A stretch of DNA of 64,000 bases from a bacterium (GTDB lineage: Bacteria > SAR324 > NAC60-12), in NCBI GenBank assembly GCA_965205865.1, contig CBDBHR010000017.1, positions 1-64,000 of the forward strand, in the 5' to 3' direction. A program made the position numbers and the translations under genes. The notes under the pieces were generated by a model. It saw only the letters and a program-made list of their open reading frames with translations. It was not told the origin of the DNA and did not search any database. This document shows positions 61,631-64,000 of the stretch, piece by piece (position 1 is the first letter of the stretch; each line of letters begins with the position of its first letter).

Positions 61631-61741
61631 GAATGCCACTTTTTTAAACGCAACTCGGTATAAGGGGTCATAAAGTCAAAATGAGGTTTTAAGGGTCGCT
61701 TCAAATTCCTCAGAAAAAAATATAAGGTATTCTCAATACAT

Positions 61742-61772
61742 TTGTGGTAATTTGTATACAATCGTATCACAA
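61742..61772. promoter_or_regulatory. Putative autoregulatory operator of the TA module
   Basis: Central palindrome TTGTATACAA flanked by ttgtggta / tatcacaa, about 20 bp upstream of the antitoxin start. Confidence 0.5.
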
Positions 61773-61790
61773 TCAATCCAAAGGAGGAAA

Positions 61791-62018
61791 ATGAGAGTTT
61801 CCATTCGTATCAACGATGAAATATATACAGCAGCAAAGATGACAGCCAAGGCCGAATGTAGAAGCATCGCCAATCAAATTGAATTTTGGGCTAAAGTGGG
61901 AAAAGCGGCACTAGAAAACCCCGATCTCCCCATTGATTTTGTTCGAGACATCCTGATTTCTAAAAATCAAGATCCGAGCCTTGCTGAACCTTTTGTTCCA
62001 GAAGGAGCTGATGAATAA
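61791..62018 (+). CDS. ParD-like antitoxin
   Basis: MRVSIRI...AK......RSIANQIEFWAKVG...ENPDLP.DF; AAGGAGG RBS. Confidence 0.85.
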   Translation: MRVSIRINDEIYTAAKMTAKAECRSIANQIEFWAKVGKAALENPDLPIDFVRDILISKNQDPSLAEPFVPEGADE

Positions 62019-62289
62019 GGCTCAAGTTTTTCAAAAACCTCTATTCAAGCGTGCCTATAAAAAACTGCATAAAAATCAAAAAAAGGCGACCGATCAGGCC
62101 ATTCATGAAATCGTTGAAAATCCAATGATAGGCGTCCAAAAGAAAGGGGATTTAGCAGGGGTTTTTGTGCATAAATTTGATTGTGTGAATCAACAGTTCC
62201 TTTTTGCTTACCAGTGGAATCCTGAAAAACGGATTTTGCTCGCTCTTGGAGTTCACGAAAACTTTTACCGAGATTTAAAAAAGGAATAG
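62011..62289 (+). CDS. RelE/ParE-family toxin
   Basis: FKRAYKKL, NP.IG..KKGDL.GV.V.KF, LGVHENFYRDLK; overlaps the antitoxin. Confidence 0.87.
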   Translation: MNKAQVFQKPLFKRAYKKLHKNQKKATDQAIHEIVENPMIGVQKKGDLAGVFVHKFDCVNQQFLFAYQWNPEKRILLALGVHENFYRDLKKE

Positions 62290-62477
62290 CCCAAATCAAA
62301 TAGCCAACAAGCACTTGTCTATTTGTCTTTTATTAATTTATCTAAAATTACAGGTTTCCACTCTGAGTGCCTGACCCAGGAGCCGCAGAGCCACCCCGTA
62401 TCGCTAAGGGAAGCGAGTTGGTACGCAGCACCGATTCGGACCGCCTCGCGCACCCGATTATTTCCCTCGTTTGGGTT

Positions 62478-63395
62478 TTAATGGAGATGAGCAGATACGT
62501 CGCAGGATTCAACCACCATTTTCAGCCGTTCCATATGCTCGTCAGAGGGAGGCTCGAGATGAGATAGTTCATAATGTCGGTCAAGTTTGCTAAATGTATG
62601 GGAACCTAACCGTTCATGAAATTTTTTTTTCACCCCCGATCATGAAAATACTGTATACTTCTATTGATCGGTGTTGAGGTCGTCGCAACTTTGGAGGCAC
62701 ATCATTGACCCCGTAACATAAGCTGACCCAAGCAGCTTCGTTTGAACCCCCGATTGCACATGCGTTTTTGAGCATAGTGCACATAGTAAGATAACCAACT
62801 TTCATGAGGTTATCGAACTGCTGTACCGATCATTCTTGTCCCTTTTTGAAGAGGACGTTATCTTTGCGAATCGGGAACTCAAAGAATATTAGTGTCAAAC
62901 GACACATTTAAATGTTTGAATGATCTTTAAATTGTTATCATTGTCCCGCTGACAATGCTGTTTATGTCATCACGGGTGAAGTGCGCTCTCAAACAAACAT
63001 TATTTTCATAGTAAGTTGTGATAGGGCATCAGCTCAAGGTAGATAAAATCACCCCCTAATTCCGTAGCGAATCTTGCAGCGGCCGCTATGTTCTCCTCGG
63101 AATCATTACACCCTGGAATGACAGGAATGCGGATAATGATTGGACGCAAGGCGGCGGTTTTTCTGGCATTATCCAGGATCAGTTCATTGGGAACACCGGT
63201 GAGTGCTTTGTGGGTGACGGAATTCATGTGCTTTATGTCGAAATGGACGAGGTCGAGATGCTCAAGAATCATCTCTAGATTCTCCCACTTGACATACCCA
63301 CATGTTTCTATCGCCGTGTGTATTTCATGCTCTTTGCACTTTTTGAAGAATGCGGTCAGGAATTCATGCTGCATGGTTGCTTCGCCGCCCCCCAC
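62478..63395 (-). pseudogene. Glycyl-radical enzyme activating protein remnant split by a 405-bp insertion
   Basis: GVTVGGGE, HTAIETCG, FDIKHM..H...TG..N..IL.N, IRIPVIPG.ND, LMPYH to 63018; resumes at 62612 as RLGSHTFSKLDRHYELSHLEPPSDEHMERLK...*. Confidence 0.75.
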
Positions 63396-63540
63396 CGTTA
63401 CACCATGTTTGACCCGGGCATAGGCATCAGCCATATACGCCGCTCCTTTTTCACCACGGTTCTGAACACGCTTGATTCCTAACTTTTCCATTTCCATCAA
63501 GGTTCTCGGGCCGATGTAAGGCATAAAAAAAGCATGGGTG
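63396..63540 (-). pseudogene. Fragment of a thiamine-diphosphate enzyme (acetolactate-synthase-like) N-terminal domain
   Basis: GIKRV..RGEKGAAYMADAYARV matches the E..A..MAD.YAR signature; fused in frame to the activase remnant. Confidence 0.65.
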
Positions 63541-64000
63541 ATGCCGTACCCATGGACGGTTTCTGCTTAAAATTAAGCTCCGGTCATTTTTGGCATTTTG
63601 GTTATCCTGTAAGCAAGGTGTTCTTGATCTCAAAAGAGGGAAACTCCCACCGTCTTGCTTTGAAAAAATGTCAAAATTCAAGACCTGACCCCTTTTCCAT
63701 AGCATGCATGCCTAATTGTCGCGCGCCTTCTTCGCTGCGGAAAGTACCTCTGGTAGACGCGTACCTTCATCATGAGTACGTAAAAAGAGAGGGTCTTGCC
63801 AAGACCGTCTAGATTCAAGCTGTGACAAGCGCCACCCTGTAGAACGTCATCGATATAGTAAAAATCATTAAGTTCCGTACAGTCGAACAATGTCGTCGAT
63901 AGGAGTTTCTGTCGGCTGATAAGTGCGAATTTTTTTGAGGTTTGCGAAGTGTTTTTCAATTGGGTTGAAATCGGGAGAAAAAAAGGAGGAAGAAAGAGTA

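Noticed and set aside
63670-63735. agacctgacccc motif followed by MPNCRA, reminiscent of a RAYT-type transposase start
   Set aside because: Too short, with no HUH motif or continuing frame.

Overview
Chromosomal window from a Gram-negative bacterium (lolA, lgt and anmK are present). A Deltaproteobacteria-like or SAR324-like host is plausible but is only an inference. A housekeeping core (pyrB, ruvB, dapB, valS, lolA, rph, lgt, tilS, queG, trpF, gloB, anmK, era, lon) lies between two degraded accessory zones, about 0-8 kb and 55-64 kb, which are rich in IS elements, MITEs and gene fragments. The dominant feature is a 19.6-kb minus-strand gene for an exported TPR-like protein of about 6,540 aa. 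It contains 62 consecutive 270-bp (90-aa) units in unbroken phase, with 810-bp higher-order repeats and a near-identical 3.3-kb block repeated at an offset of 3,780 bp. Mobile DNA comprises two near-identical IS1380 copies with 5-bp target-site duplications (TSDs), an intact IS5 with a TAA TSD, a degenerate IS66 and its 513-bp non-autonomous derivative with an 8-bp TSD, a truncated IS1-family element, several MITEs wrapped around REP-like hairpins, and a 36-bp mini-insert that duplicates CCTC. No rRNA, tRNA, CRISPR array or reverse transcriptase was seen. All calls come from reading the sequence; no database searches were run.
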